DNA of 64,000 bases from Planctomycetota bacterium (GCA_965248445.1 CBDFJG010000003.1:1280001-1344000); one strand, 5' to 3'; shown: positions 1 through 10,338, numbered from the stretch's first letter. The notes: generated by a model from the sequence alone, not told the origin. Numbers and translations are program-made.

Positions 1-1
1 A

Positions 2-97
2 GTGAACTGCGCGATCCGCGAGTTGACGACACAGGAGGACTCGCTCGAGGGCGTGTTTTTGCGTGCCGTCCAGGAGCCCGGGAGCGACGCGGGTTGA
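2..97 (+). CDS. 3' end of ABC transporter ATP-binding protein (partial, runs off window)
   Basis: Frame from position 2 reads ...IRELTTQEDSLEGVFLRAVQEPGSDAG*, resembling the 'SLExVFL' tail of ABC-2-type ATPases; its TGA overlaps the next ATG (TGATG at 95-99). Confidence 0.6.
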   Translation: MNCAIRELTTQEDSLEGVFLRAVQEPGSDAG

Positions 98-1002
98 TGC
101 CTGTCTTCGAACTCGGCTACCGGCGCTACGAGGGCGAGATCTCCCAGCGCTCGCCCGTGCCGGCGATGGCCTGGCAGGGCATCCGTCCGCGGCTGCGCTG
201 GTGGATCTGGGTGCTTCTGTTCTTCCTGCTCTTCTGGCCCTACGTCGTCTGGGGCGTGCTGATCTTCATCGTGCTGGTGATCGACACCGGGATGCCCACG
301 TTGGGGAACCTTCCGACGGAGGCGTTCGCCGAATTCGGCGCCCGCCCCGACATGGCGATGGCCTACATCACCTCCGGCAGCCCGTACCTCTTCTGGGAAC
401 TGATGCACTCGTCGTCGCTGGCGAACACCGTGATCCCGGCCGTCAGTTGCGCCGGAGTCTTGGCCCGCGACCGGTCGAGCGGCGCGATGCAGATCTACTT
501 CGCACGGCCGGTGACCCGCCTCCAGTACCTCCTCTCCAAAGTCCTCACCGTCTCTGCGTTCAGCGCCCTCGTGACGACGTTGCCGACCCTCCTCATCTGG
601 GCCGAGTGCTGCATGCTCGGTGACTTCGACTACGTCATGAAGACGTGGACGCTGCCGTTCCGCGTCATGGCTGCCGCGGGACTCTACGCGTTCTGGACGT
701 CCTCTCTCGTCCTCGCGCTCTCGGCGACCTTCCGGCGGCCAGTGCTGATCGGCATCGTGGGGGTTTTCTCGTTCATCTTCCTCTCCGTGATCGCGCAGAT
801 CATGTCGTTCAACCTCGGTGACAAGACCTACAGGGTCATCAATCCGGAGTTCGCGCTGGGCGGTGTCACGCCGCCGATCTTCGGCATCGACCTCCCCGAC
901 TGGCTTGCGACGCCCTGGCTGCCGATCGCCGCAGTCGGCGTGCCCGTGCTGCTGATCTTGTACGTGTGGGTCCGTCTGCGCTCCGCCGAGGTCTCCACGT
1001 GA
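97..1002 (+). CDS. ABC-2 type transporter permease
   Basis: Multiple hydrophobic segments and the 'DRSSGAMQIYFARPVTRLQYLLSK' permease motif; translationally coupled to ATPase genes on both sides. Confidence 0.85.
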   Translation: MPVFELGYRRYEGEISQRSPVPAMAWQGIRPRLRWWIWVLLFFLLFWPYVVWGVLIFIVLVIDTGMPTLGNLPTEAFAEFGARPDMAMAYITSGSPYLFWELMHSSSLANTVIPAVSCAGVLARDRSSGAMQIYFARPVTRLQYLLSKVLTVSAFSALVTTLPTLLIWAECCMLGDFDYVMKTWTLPFRVMAAAGLYAFWTSSLVLALSATFRRPVLIGIVGVFSFIFLSVIAQIMSFNLGDKTYRVINPEFALGGVTPPIFGIDLPDWLATPWLPIAAVGVPVLLILYVWVRLRSAEVST

Positions 1003-1967
1003 GCGACAGCGTCATTCATGCGAAGGACGTCTCGCGCTCGTTCGGAGCCGTCGTCGCGCTCAACTCGGTCACCTTCGACGTGCAGCAGGGCGTGACCGGG
1101 CTCCTCGGTCCGAACGGCGCCGGCAAGTCGACGCTCCTGCGCGTCCTGACGGGTGAACTGCGGCCGGGCCTCGGGGTCGCGCGCGTGTGCGGCCTGCAGC
1201 CCTTCGCGAACCCCGAGTTGTACCGGCACATCGGGATCTGCCCCGAGCAGGACGCCCTGATCGACGATCTCACGGGGCGGGAGTTCATCGCGCTCTTCTT
1301 GAAGCTCCGCGGCCATGAGCCCGAGGACGCGGAACGTCGCGCCGTCGAGTGGATGGAACGCATGGGCCTCGAGGACGCCATGAACCGCCGCATCCGCGGC
1401 TACTCGAAGGGCATGCGGCAGCGCACGAAGCTCGGATTCGCTTTCGCGCACGACCCGAGCGTGCTGTTCCTCGACGAGCCGCTGACGGGACTCGATCCGC
1501 TGTGGCGGCATCGCATCCAGAACGTCGTTCGGGACGCGGCCGACCGGGGAGCGACCGTGCTGTTCAGCTCGCACGTCCTGCACGAGGTCGAGCAGGTCAC
1601 GCGCGACGTCGTGCTGCTGCACCGCGGCCGCGTCGCCGCCGAGGGCAACGCTCGCGAGATCCGCGAGATGATCGACCGCTTCCCCCACCGCGTGCACATC
1701 GACGCCGACGCACCACGGAAGCTGGCTACCCATCTCGTCGCCTGGGACTGCGTGGAGAGCGTCCTCGTACGTTCGGACGGAGTGGACGTGACCACGCCCC
1801 GGGCCGACGTGTTCTACACGGCACTGACCGAGGCGTGTTCGGGGCAGGACCTCGGCGTCAACGGCATGAGCAGCCCGGACGACTCGCTGAAGGCGCTCTT
1901 CGACACGCTGGTCGCCGCACGTCCGAGCCGCGGGCTCGGGAACCGGCGGGGAGGCTCGGCGGCGTGA
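999..1967 (+). CDS. ABC transporter ATP-binding protein
   Basis: Walker A GPNGAGKST, signature YSKGMRQR, Walker B LFLDEP, H-loop SSH; GTG start overlapping the upstream stop (GTGA). Confidence 0.95.
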   Translation: MSDSVIHAKDVSRSFGAVVALNSVTFDVQQGVTGLLGPNGAGKSTLLRVLTGELRPGLGVARVCGLQPFANPELYRHIGICPEQDALIDDLTGREFIALFLKLRGHEPEDAERRAVEWMERMGLEDAMNRRIRGYSKGMRQRTKLGFAFAHDPSVLFLDEPLTGLDPLWRHRIQNVVRDAADRGATVLFSSHVLHEVEQVTRDVVLLHRGRVAAEGNAREIREMIDRFPHRVHIDADAPRKLATHLVAWDCVESVLVRSDGVDVTTPRADVFYTALTEACSGQDLGVNGMSSPDDSLKALFDTLVAARPSRGLGNRRGGSAA

Positions 1968-2776
1968 CGGACGGCATCGCACCGCCGCGCATGCGGACGG
2001 ACGCCGTGGAGACGGTGTTCCACGTGGCCGTGATCTCGCTGCGGCGGGCGCTGCGCGGAAAGCGCATCTTGTGGGTGCTCTTGATGGTCCTGCTTCCGGC
2101 CGCGCTCTCCCTGCTGATCGCGCACGTGGCGGATGGCGGCGACCAAGAGGACTACTTCTACAGCGCACTCGTGCTCTACCACTTCGGCATCGCCGTGCCG
2201 GCCACAGCGCTGATCCTCGCCACGGCCTTCCCGTGGCCGGAGTGCGACGAGGGCACGCTCACCTACTGGTTCACCGCGCCGGTCTCGCGCTGGGCAGTGC
2301 ATCTCGGCCGGCTGATCGCCGCGTATGTGCTGGGGTCCGTCACGCGGCCACTGTGCGTCCTTGCGATCGGGCTCCCGCTCGATCCGGAGCACGCACACGG
2401 CGAGTCGATCCGTGCCGCAGTCACCGCAACGCTGCTCGCGTACCCCGCGTACGTCGCCGTGTTCTCGGTGCTGACGACGATCACGCGCCGGGGGCTCGTG
2501 ATCGGCGTCGTGGGGATACTGATCGAGAACTCGCTCAGCTTCTTCCAGGGCACGATCCAGCAACTCACCGTCGTGCACTACGTTCGCGTACTGCTCTGGC
2601 CGTCGTCCTCGCGTCGCGGCCGCCGGGTCCTGGATGAGGCCTTCGGGATATCCGAGGCCAGCCCCACGTGGGAGGCGATCGTCGTGATGGCGTCGGTCAC
2701 CGTCGTCGGACTGCTGGCAACGTTGCTGCTCGTGAGCGTCACCGAGTTCCGCGGACGCCACGGACAGGCGGAGTAG
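1964..2776 (+). CDS. ABC transporter permease
   Basis: C-terminal part of ORF 1349..2776 from the GTGA overlap; about 6 TM segments and an 'EGTLTYWFTAPVSRWAVHLGR' motif. Confidence 0.85.
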   Translation: MTDGIAPPRMRTDAVETVFHVAVISLRRALRGKRILWVLLMVLLPAALSLLIAHVADGGDQEDYFYSALVLYHFGIAVPATALILATAFPWPECDEGTLTYWFTAPVSRWAVHLGRLIAAYVLGSVTRPLCVLAIGLPLDPEHAHGESIRAAVTATLLAYPAYVAVFSVLTTITRRGLVIGVVGILIENSLSFFQGTIQQLTVVHYVRVLLWPSSSRRGRRVLDEAFGISEASPTWEAIVVMASVTVVGLLATLLLVSVTEFRGRHGQAE

Positions 2777-2780
2777 ACGC

Positions 2781-3296
2781 ATGGCCGCCGAGAAGACAGT
2801 GGCGAGCAGCGAGAAGAAGCGCGCGATCGCCGTACTCGGGATCGTCGCGGCGTTCGTCCTCTCGTGCTGCACTGGCGGGTGGTTCTTCCTCGTCCGGCCC
2901 ATGTCACGCTTCGCCGACGCGAACGCAGCGTTCGGACGCGCGCTGCACGAGGAGGTCGACGGCGCGGTGTGGACGTTCGTACCGCAGCCGAAGGACCGCA
3001 CCTGGCTACTCGTGATCGGCGTGCCGGAGGAGCCGGCGGACGACGACGTGGGCGGCATCGCCGAGACGGCATGGCGGCTGCACGCGCGGGAACGCGCCGC
3101 CGGGAGCATCGTGATCGGCGGCGTCGCAGTCGGACGGGCAAATCGCAACGTCGCCGACGATGAGACGCACCACGGCACGTCGTCCGCGTGGCAGGAGAAC
3201 GTGATCTCCGTCGCCGACCTCATCGAGGCCACGGGGGTCCCCGCGCCTCCACCCGACGCGGCGCTCGAGCTCATCGGCGGCGCCACCGACGACTGA
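2781..3296 (+). CDS. hypothetical membrane-anchored protein
   Basis: ATG 4 nt after the permease stop; N-terminal hydrophobic stretch; coding-like composition. Confidence 0.65.
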   Translation: MAAEKTVASSEKKRAIAVLGIVAAFVLSCCTGGWFFLVRPMSRFADANAAFGRALHEEVDGAVWTFVPQPKDRTWLLVIGVPEEPADDDVGGIAETAWRLHARERAAGSIVIGGVAVGRANRNVADDETHHGTSSAWQENVISVADLIEATGVPAPPPDAALELIGGATDD

Positions 3297-3313
3297 CAGG
3301 TAGTCTCCGAGAC

Positions 3314-4831
3314 ATGGACGAGCTGCGCCTCGCGCCGCCCCCGCCCGATCCACCGCTGCCCCCCTCGGTCGCCGCGACCCTGTCGGAGAAGCCTCCGCGG
3401 GCGCCGCTGCGGCTGCGCCGCGAGCCGATTCAGCTGCGCATCTCACGGAGCGTGGCGTCGTCGATCGCCGTCCACCTCGCGCTCCTCATCCTCCTGACCG
3501 GCTACCTGTTCACGCTCCCGGCGGATGACGGCCAGGAGCCACTGCGCGTCTCGTACTCGTGGCCCTCGCCGGCGCTGGACGTGAACGCCGAAGCGAACGC
3601 CGGTCGCGGAGAGAGCGAGGAGAGCGGCGAGGACGAGATCGGCGACGCGCGGGACGCGCCCGCGTCACTCGATCCGTTCGGGGGATCTCGGGACGGAGAT
3701 CCAGGCGACGCCTCGGACCGCGAGCGGCTGGCGGACTCGCTCGGTGCCGGCGGTGCGCCGGCAGGCGCGCTCCTCGCAGCGCGCACGGGAGGCCGGGAGC
3801 GTCTGCTCCGTGAAGGTGGCGGCGACGCAGAGACCGAGGGCGCACTGAAACTCGCGCTCGAGTGGCTGGCGCGGCACCAGGCCGACGACGGCACGTGGCA
3901 GCCCGAGGAGTTCGCCTCCCGCTGTCGCGACGGTGAGCACTGCACGCACGCGGGCGAAGAGGGTCATACCGTCGGCGTCACCGCGCTGGCCCTGCTGCCG
4001 TTCCTCGGCGCCGGGCACACCCATCGCAAGGGCCCGTGGAAAGACACGGTACGAAGCGGCATCCAGGCTCTGCTCGACGCGCAGCGCACGAACGGGTCGT
4101 TCGGCACGGGCGAGCCCGGGGTGTACGAGGACGCGTTGGCGCTCCTCGCGCTCTCCGAAGCGTACGGACTGACCGGCTCTGCGCGCCTGCGCCCTCCCGT
4201 CGAACGCGCCGTCGCGCGCTTCGGCCGAACACAGGCCGAGGGTGGCGGCTGGCGATACCGCGCGCGAGCGCGCACGGCGGACACCTCGATCACCGGATGG
4301 GTCGCGGTGGCGCTGCGCGCCGCACGTCGCTCCGGTGTCGAGGTGCCCGACGTACTGTTCGCCCGCAGCCGCGACGTGCTGACCCGCCGCACCGACAAGC
4401 GGGGGAAGGTCGGCTACCTCGGCCGCGGCAACGGACCGGTGAGCCTGCTGGGCGTCGGCCTGTTCGTGCGGGCAGCGCTCGGGGAGGACGCCCGCGGACC
4501 GGGGTTGGCACCGGTGCGCGACCGGTTGCTGCGCCACCTCCCGCGGTGGGACGAGACACCGCTGACGGGCTTCCACCAGGGCGATCCCATGCACTGGACC
4601 TACGGCGCGTTGGCCGCCCACCACGCCGGCGGCGACCTCTGGGACGCGTGGCACGCGCGGCTCCGCCCGCTGCTCCTCGAGAACCAGCGGCGGGACGGCT
4701 GCGCGGCGGGCAGCTGGCGGCCCTCCGGCTCTACCGGCGCCGCCGGTGGGCGGGTCGCGCAGACAGCCCTCCTGGCGCTCTGCCTGGAGGTCTACTACCG
4801 CTACCCGCGAGCGCTCCTCGGACGCGAGTAG
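3314..4831 (+). CDS. membrane-anchored prenyltransferase/squalene-oxidase-repeat (alpha/alpha toroid) protein
   Basis: One TM segment (SSIAVHLALLILL), acidic linker, then repeats 'ALEWLARHQADDGTW', 'LLDAQRTNGSF', 'QAEGGGWRY', 'LLENQ...GSW' and the C-terminal 'LCLEVYYRY' typical of planctomycete members. Confidence 0.8.
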   Translation: MDELRLAPPPPDPPLPPSVAATLSEKPPRAPLRLRREPIQLRISRSVASSIAVHLALLILLTGYLFTLPADDGQEPLRVSYSWPSPALDVNAEANAGRGESEESGEDEIGDARDAPASLDPFGGSRDGDPGDASDRERLADSLGAGGAPAGALLAARTGGRERLLREGGGDAETEGALKLALEWLARHQADDGTWQPEEFASRCRDGEHCTHAGEEGHTVGVTALALLPFLGAGHTHRKGPWKDTVRSGIQALLDAQRTNGSFGTGEPGVYEDALALLALSEAYGLTGSARLRPPVERAVARFGRTQAEGGGWRYRARARTADTSITGWVAVALRAARRSGVEVPDVLFARSRDVLTRRTDKRGKVGYLGRGNGPVSLLGVGLFVRAALGEDARGPGLAPVRDRLLRHLPRWDETPLTGFHQGDPMHWTYGALAAHHAGGDLWDAWHARLRPLLLENQRRDGCAAGSWRPSGSTGAAGGRVAQTALLALCLEVYYRYPRALLGRE

Positions 4832-4957
4832 CCGCGCGCGGACTGGCTACGACCGTTCTCACTCGCGCCTGCCCCGGCGTCTCGCCGCCTCGGATCCGGC
4901 GACGCGGGAATTGGCGCGACAGTTGCGCTCTTCTCGCGTCCGAAGAGGAAGAGACCC

Positions 4958-5110
4958 ATGAGCACCATCGTTCGCAGCTGGATCAAGGCCCTGTGCGGCG
5001 AGTGTGGTGACCGTCAGATCTTCGAGCTGCAGCCCGGCTGGGTGCTGATCTGCTCGTGCTGTGGGCACGAGAAGCGGCTCGAAGAAAACGGTCTCCTCGC
5101 CGTAGCGTAG
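4958..5110 (+). CDS. 50-aa putative zinc-ribbon small protein (not in ORF track)
   Basis: MSTIVRSWIKALCGECGDRQIFELQPGWVLICSCCGHEKRLEENGLLAVA*; CxxC...CxxC pair; purine-rich GAGGAAGAG upstream; G/C-rich third codon positions. Confidence 0.65.
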   Translation: MSTIVRSWIKALCGECGDRQIFELQPGWVLICSCCGHEKRLEENGLLAVA

Positions 5111-5184
5111 AGAGCGCCTGACCGTCGATCCGCCCGTCCTCGGGCGGAGTCGATCGCGTCCCCCGGAGGGGACGCCGCTCCCGC

Positions 5185-6564
5185 TCAGTACTCGGTGAGC
5201 ACCCAGGCCTTCCAGTCCTTCTCGAGCTCTTCCACCAGCTCGTAGCCGAGGACGTTCCACGGCTCGTCCCTCTGCGCCCCGCGTGCACTGAGACCCGCAA
5301 ACAGCTCCGCGAACTTCTCGCGATCCTTCTGCAGGATGAACTCGAGCAGCGCGAGCGCGGCGCCCTCCTCGGCGGTCGAGAACTCGCCGAGCTGCATTCC
5401 GAGGAACTTGCGGAGTGACGGGAACTCGTCGTCGTTGAGCGCCTCGATCAGCTTCTCCTTGCGGTAGTTCACCTCTTTGGTGACGTCCTTGTGCTTCTTC
5501 TTCTTCTTGCGCCCCTGGTCGGACGTGTCGCGCGCGCCGCCCTTGGGTGCCTTGGTGCCGATGCACGACGCCATGTTCTCGCCCATGACCTCGTACTCGA
5601 CCCACTGACCGAGTCCCTCCGGCAGCCAGGCGGGTGGCATCTTGCCCCACAGCTTCCACGCGGCCAGGTGCCCCACCATGTGGACCTGCGAGAACCAGAG
5701 CGCCTCCTCGCCCTGGAACGGGAAACGAATCTGGGTCGGGGGATTCACGCGCCAGCAACCGCCGGCCGACTCGTGCTTCGCGATCGAGAGCCACGACTTG
5801 CTCGCGCCCCACTTCTTCCCGTACTCGTCAACCACACGCACGTAGTCGTCCCGGTCGTGCACCTGGATCGCCGCCGAACGCCCGCTCCAGAGCTGCTCGC
5901 GCTGCAACAGCTCGGCGAGCACGCTGTAGGCCTCGTCGAGCTGACCGATGCGTTCCGGCAGATCCACGTCGTCAAGGGCGCACACGATGACGAAGTGCTC
6001 GCCCTCCTCGACCTCCACTGCCATCCCGATGGTCTCGCCCCACTCCTTGGCGAGCCTCCGGCGGGATGCCTCGGCCTCGCGCCGGGCCAACTCCGACTTC
6101 TTGATCCACTCGCCCTCGAACCAGACGTCGCCGTTCGCAGCCCGCGCCTCCTTGTGATGCGGGTCCAGCGTGAGCACCTTCTTGAGGAGCTTGTCCCCCT
6201 CCTTGGTGAGCGACTTGTCGCCTTCGGCGTGCCGGCGCACGAAGCTGCAGAGGTCCCACACGGCGGCGGCATCCCTCTTGCTCTTGGCGACCGCACCCCG
6301 CAGCCGGGTCAGCATCTCGTAGGGCGACTCGCCCTCGGTCATGCTCTCGATGTCGGCCTTCTTGAACTTCTCCGTCGTCTTGATGGTCTTGACGAAGACG
6401 AAGCCGTCCTTCTCGCGGACGGTCTTGCCGTCGATCGTTCGACCGTCCTTGAGCACGTAGACGTCGGCTCAGGCGGGATCAGCCGGGGCCGGAAGCAGGG
6501 CGAAGAGGCTCAGGGCGACGACGGCCAGGAGCGTCCGCCGGGTGCGCTGCGGGGTCGGGAACAT
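5185..6564 (-). CDS. secreted DUF1570/gluzincin-like protein interrupted by an in-frame TGA at 6469-6471 in its signal peptide (intact part 5185..6456)
   Basis: ATG at 6564 with GGAG upstream encodes MFPTPQRTRRTLLAVVALSLFALLPAPADPA*ADVYVLKDGRTIDG..., in frame with ORF 5185..6456; later 'HMVGH...PPAWLPEGLGQWVE' resembles a degenerate HExxH...E motif. Confidence 0.7.
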
Positions 6565-6623
6565 CCAGTATCTCCAGAAAGCTGCGGGTGGCGCGCCGCC
6601 ACACCCCTCACGATAAACGTGCC

Positions 6624-7361
6624 ATGGACGGGTCGAGGTTGCGTTTCGCCGTGTTGTTCTCCGGACTGCTCTTGTGCCTCGCGGCTGCGGGGACGCTGGC
6701 GGCCTGCGAGGGGGACATCGTGCTCTCAGGCCGCGAGCTGGGCATCCACGCCTTCGAGCGGCCCGTCGGCGGGATCGCGTGCGCCGACTGCCACGGCGAG
6801 AGCGAGACGCCGCGGCAGAGCCCCGACTGGGTGCTGCCCGGCCACCCGCTCGCGGGTGTCGCCGAGCGGCCCTCGCTCTGGGGAGGCCGCTTCGAGGCGG
6901 GTGAAGTTGAGTCGGCCGTACTGTTTTGCGTGACGCGGTTCCAGCACCGGGCGCCCGCGGACTACCCCGCGCGCGAAGACGTGGACGAGTTCCGTCTCGT
7001 GCCGCACCGCGGTGACGACCTGAGCGCCCTGTTCGAGTACGTGCGGTCGTTCGCTGGCCCCGCCGACGCCGTTCCGCTGCGCCGAACCGACGACGTGTTC
7101 GCCGCGACGGAACTCGAGGGCGACTACGACCGCGGCGAGGCGGTCTGGGCGCGCTCCTGCGCGGTCTGCCACGGCGACGAGGCCGGAGGCGGACTGGGAC
7201 CTCCGCTCGACGGCGCCGACGTGCCGGATCCGTTCTCGCTGGCCGACTACGTGCGCCAGGGTGCGGACGTCGGCGCTAGGAAGGCGTGGATGCCCTGGTT
7301 CACGACGGACGACCTCTCCACACAGGACCTCGCGGACCTGATCTCACGCTGGACGGAGTAG
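6624..7361 (+). CDS. di-heme c-type cytochrome, probable lipoprotein
   Basis: Two CxxCH motifs (CADCH, CAVCH), distal Met candidate in 'WMPWF', signal peptide ending in LAAC. Confidence 0.8.
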   Translation: MDGSRLRFAVLFSGLLLCLAAAGTLAACEGDIVLSGRELGIHAFERPVGGIACADCHGESETPRQSPDWVLPGHPLAGVAERPSLWGGRFEAGEVESAVLFCVTRFQHRAPADYPAREDVDEFRLVPHRGDDLSALFEYVRSFAGPADAVPLRRTDDVFAATELEGDYDRGEAVWARSCAVCHGDEAGGGLGPPLDGADVPDPFSLADYVRQGADVGARKAWMPWFTTDDLSTQDLADLISRWTE

Positions 7362-7365
7362 CGCG

Positions 7366-7617
7366 ATGGCGATGAAGCTCACACCGGACGAACGCACGTC
7401 GGCGCTGGACTCGATCTCCCGTTTCTTCGAGGAGGTCCTCGACGAGGACATCGGCGAGCTGAAGGCGACGCTGGTCCTGAACTACGTCGTCAAGGAGATC
7501 GGCCCGTCGATTTACAACCACGCGGTCGCGGACGCGAAGCGGTGGTTCCTCGAGAGGATCGACGACGTCGACGGGTCGTGTTTCGAGCCGGAGTTCCCGT
7601 ACTGGCGCGACGACTAG
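7366..7617 (+). CDS. DUF2164 family protein
   Basis: 83 aa with the pattern 'SISRFFEEVLDEDIGELKATLVLNYVVKEIGPSIYNHAVADA' characteristic of this family. Confidence 0.8.
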   Translation: MAMKLTPDERTSALDSISRFFEEVLDEDIGELKATLVLNYVVKEIGPSIYNHAVADAKRWFLERIDDVDGSCFEPEFPYWRDD

Positions 7618-9032
7618 CGAAACCAGCGCGGGCCTTGTGGCGTGTCCTCGACCGTGATCCCGCGCGCCGCGAGCTCGTCGCGGATGCGGTCGGACTCGGA
7701 CCAGTCACGCGCATCGCGTGCTGCGTCGCGCGCGGACACCAGCGCATCGATCTCGGCGTCGTCGTCCCCACCGCTGTCCTGACTCAGCAGATCGAGACCG
7801 AGCACCTCGTCGAAGTGCGCGAACGTCTCGCGAAGCAGCGCAGCGTCCGCTCCTGAGAACGGGCCGTGGCGGTTGACGAGCGCGCGGTATCCGTGCACGA
7901 CGGAGAGCGCCTTGGAGATGTTCAGGTCGTCCTGCAGCGCCGCGACGAACGCAGCGCGGGCGGGCGCGCTCGCTTCTGCGAACTCCGAATCGTCGGCAGC
8001 GTCGCCGTCGGTGACCACGCCGCGCAAGCAGGCATCGAGGCCCTCCACGGCACTCACGGCCGCGTCAAGCCCCTCCCACGTGAAGTTGATCGGCAGCCGG
8101 TAGTGCGTGCTCATCAGCGCGTAGCGCATGGCGCGCATCGAGTACCCGCGGTCGACCACGTCCCCCAGTTCGTACTTCGTGCCCTTGGACTTGGCCATCT
8201 TGGCGCCGTCGACGAGGAGGTGGCGGCAGTGCAGCCAGAAGCGCACCCACGACTTGCCCGTGTAGCCCTCGGTCTGCGCAATCTCGCACTCGTGGTGCGG
8301 GAACACGTTGTCCTCGCCCCCGGTGTGGATGTCGAACTGCTCGCCCAGGTACTTGCGCGACATGGCGGAGCACTCGATGTGCCATCCCGGGAAGCCGCGA
8401 CCCCACGGTGAGTCCCACTGCATCTGGTGTTTGGGGTCGCGCTTCCATAGCGCGAAGTCGGCCGGGTGACGCTTCTCGTCGACCACAGCCACGCGGGCGC
8501 CCGCCACAAGTGCCTCGAGGGTGTTCCCCGAGAGCCGACCGTAGGCGGGGAACGACTCGACGGAGTAGTAGACGTTGCCCGCCTCCGTCACGTACGCGTG
8601 CTCGTTCGCCACGAGCCCCTCGATCATCTCGATCATCTCGGACACGTGGTCAGTGGCTTTCGGATACGCGTGCGCGCGGCGCAGGTTGAGCAGGGCCACG
8701 CCCTCGAGGAACTCCTCCGTGTACTTGCGCGAGATGTCCCAGGCGGTCAGCCCGGTAGCGCGGGAGGCCGCCTCCATCTTGTCCTCGCCGCTCTCGATGT
8801 CGTCGAGGGTCAGGTGCCCGACATCGGTGATGTTCATCACCTGCCGGACCTCGTAGCCACCGAGTTCGAGCGACCGCCGGAGCAGATCCCAGCACACGCT
8901 CGCGCGCCAGTTCCCGATCTGCAGCGTCGCGTAGACCGTCGGGCCGCAGTTGTACATGTGCACGCGGTCGGGCTGCAGCGGCTGGAACTCGCGCGTCGTG
9001 CGGGTCAACGAGTCGTGGAAGTGGAACGGCAT
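7614..9032 (-). CDS. cysS: cysteine--tRNA ligase
   Basis: CGPTVY, HIGH-equivalent QIGN, '[12 protein letters not shown]', '[17 protein letters not shown]', KMAKS, C-terminal 'SDRIRDEL...VED'. Confidence 0.97.
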   Translation of the reverse strand: MPFHFHDSLTRTTREFQPLQPDRVHMYNCGPTVYATLQIGNWRASVCWDLLRRSLELGGYEVRQVMNITDVGHLTLDDIESGEDKMEAASRATGLTAWDISRKYTEEFLEGVALLNLRRAHAYPKATDHVSEMIEMIEGLVANEHAYVTEAGNVYYSVESFPAYGRLSGNTLEALVAGARVAVVDEKRHPADFALWKRDPKHQMQWDSPWGRGFPGWHIECSAMSRKYLGEQFDIHTGGEDNVFPHHECEIAQTEGYTGKSWVRFWLHCRHLLVDGAKMAKSKGTKYELGDVVDRGYSMRAMRYALMSTHYRLPINFTWEGLDAAVSAVEGLDACLRGVVTDGDAADDSEFAEASAPARAAFVAALQDDLNISKALSVVHGYRALVNRHGPFSGADAALLRETFAHFDEVLGLDLLSQDSGGDDDAEIDALVSARDAARDARDWSESDRIRDELAARGITVEDTPQGPRWFR

Positions 9033-9058
9033 TCGTGTGGGTCCCGTGCAGAGCGCGC

Positions 9059-9541
9059 TCAGGAGGAGAGGAGGACGACGGCACGCGCTTCGATCGCGCG
9101 GCCGGCACCGATCTCGCCGAGTCCCTCCGCGGTCTTCGCGGACAGTCCGACGCGATCCACGGGGAGGCCGAGCATAGCGGCGACGCTCTCGCGGATGCGT
9201 ACCTTCGCGGGGCCCAGCCGCGGCCGCTCCGCCACGACCACGGCGCTGACCGACGCCACGCGGAGGCCCAGCCGGGTGACGCGCTCGAGCGCGGCCGTGA
9301 CGAACGTGCGCGAGTCGGCACCCGCCGTGGCGGGGTCACCCGGCGGGAACAGGTCGCCGACGTCACCTGCGCCGCATGCCGAGAGGAGGGCGTCGGTCAC
9401 CGCGTGCAGCAGCACGTCTCCGTCGCTGTGACCGACCGCGTGCACCTCGGCGTCGATGCGCACCCCGCCCAGCATGAGTGGCCCGCCCTCTTCCAGGCGG
9501 TGCATGTCCACGCCCAGCCCGACGCGCGGTGCGTCAGTCAT
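9059..9541 (-). CDS. ispF: 2-C-methyl-D-erythritol 2,4-cyclodiphosphate synthase
   Basis: 'RVGLGVDMHRL', 'GHSDGDVLLHAVTDALL', 'AKTAEGLG'. Confidence 0.96.
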   Translation of the reverse strand: MTDAPRVGLGVDMHRLEEGGPLMLGGVRIDAEVHAVGHSDGDVLLHAVTDALLSACGAGDVGDLFPPGDPATAGADSRTFVTAALERVTRLGLRVASVSAVVVAERPRLGPAKVRIRESVAAMLGLPVDRVGLSAKTAEGLGEIGAGRAIEARAVVLLSS

Positions 9542-10265
9542 TGATGATCGTCAGCTTGGCCGTGAGGAACCGCACCACCATCTCCAGGTCCGTGGGCACG
9601 GTGATCTTCGCGTTCCAGCCTCTCGTCTCGACCACCTGCACGAACCCGCCGGTCTGCTCGATCAGGCACGCGTCGTCGCTGACCTCGGTTCCGGCGGCCA
9701 GAGCCTCTTCATGCGCCTTGCGCAGAAGGACGGTGTGGAACGCCTGGGGCGTCTCGGCGAGCCAGAGTCCGTCACGCTCTTCCGTCCCTTCGATCCGCCG
9801 GGTCGGGTTCACGCGCTTCAGCGTGTCACGAACCGGCCGCCCGGCGATCGCCGCTCCGCCGTCGTGCGCCGCCTGCACGACGCGCAACACGATCTCCTCA
9901 CGAACCAGGGGCCGAGCCGCATCGTGGACGGCAACCACCGGAATGCGGTCGGGGACTCCGGAAAGACCCGCGCGCACCGAGTCCTGACGCCGCACGCCGC
10001 CCGCGATCACGATGGTGTCCGCGAGGCCTGCTTCCTTGACCTCGGCAGTCACCTGCATGACGCGGTCGGCCGACGTGACGAGCACCAGTCGCTCGCATCC
10101 GGGAGTGCCGCGCAGGGTCTCTGCCGCGTGCCGCCAAACGGGCTTGCCCACCAGGTCGAAGAAGACCTTCGGGAGTCCCCCGCCGAACCGCTCGCCCCTG
10201 CCGGCCATGACGAGCACTGCAGCAAAGCGGACCGGCGACTGAGTGTCGGACGGCGTTTCTGGCAT
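9534..10265 (-). CDS. ispD: 2-C-methyl-D-erythritol 4-phosphate cytidylyltransferase
   Basis: 'AGRGERFGGGLPK', 'GGVRRQDSV', 'VHDAARP', 'ETPQAF', 'NAKITVPTDL'; upstream of ispF. Confidence 0.95.
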   Translation of the reverse strand: MPETPSDTQSPVRFAAVLVMAGRGERFGGGLPKVFFDLVGKPVWRHAAETLRGTPGCERLVLVTSADRVMQVTAEVKEAGLADTIVIAGGVRRQDSVRAGLSGVPDRIPVVAVHDAARPLVREEIVLRVVQAAHDGGAAIAGRPVRDTLKRVNPTRRIEGTEERDGLWLAETPQAFHTVLLRKAHEEALAAGTEVSDDACLIEQTGGFVQVVETRGWNAKITVPTDLEMVVRFLTAKLTIIND

Positions 10266-10338
10266 GGCGCGATGCTACCCCCGCAGGGTCCGGACCACGC
10301 CTCCCGGCCGCGGGGTCTCCCGCTGCTAACGTCCACAG

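Noticed and set aside
6469..6471. TGA as selenocysteine or genome-wide TGA recoding
   Set aside because: The site is in a signal peptide, not a redox motif, and TGA ends many conserved genes in this window (recO, folP, glmM, alr, ruvX), consistent with code 11.
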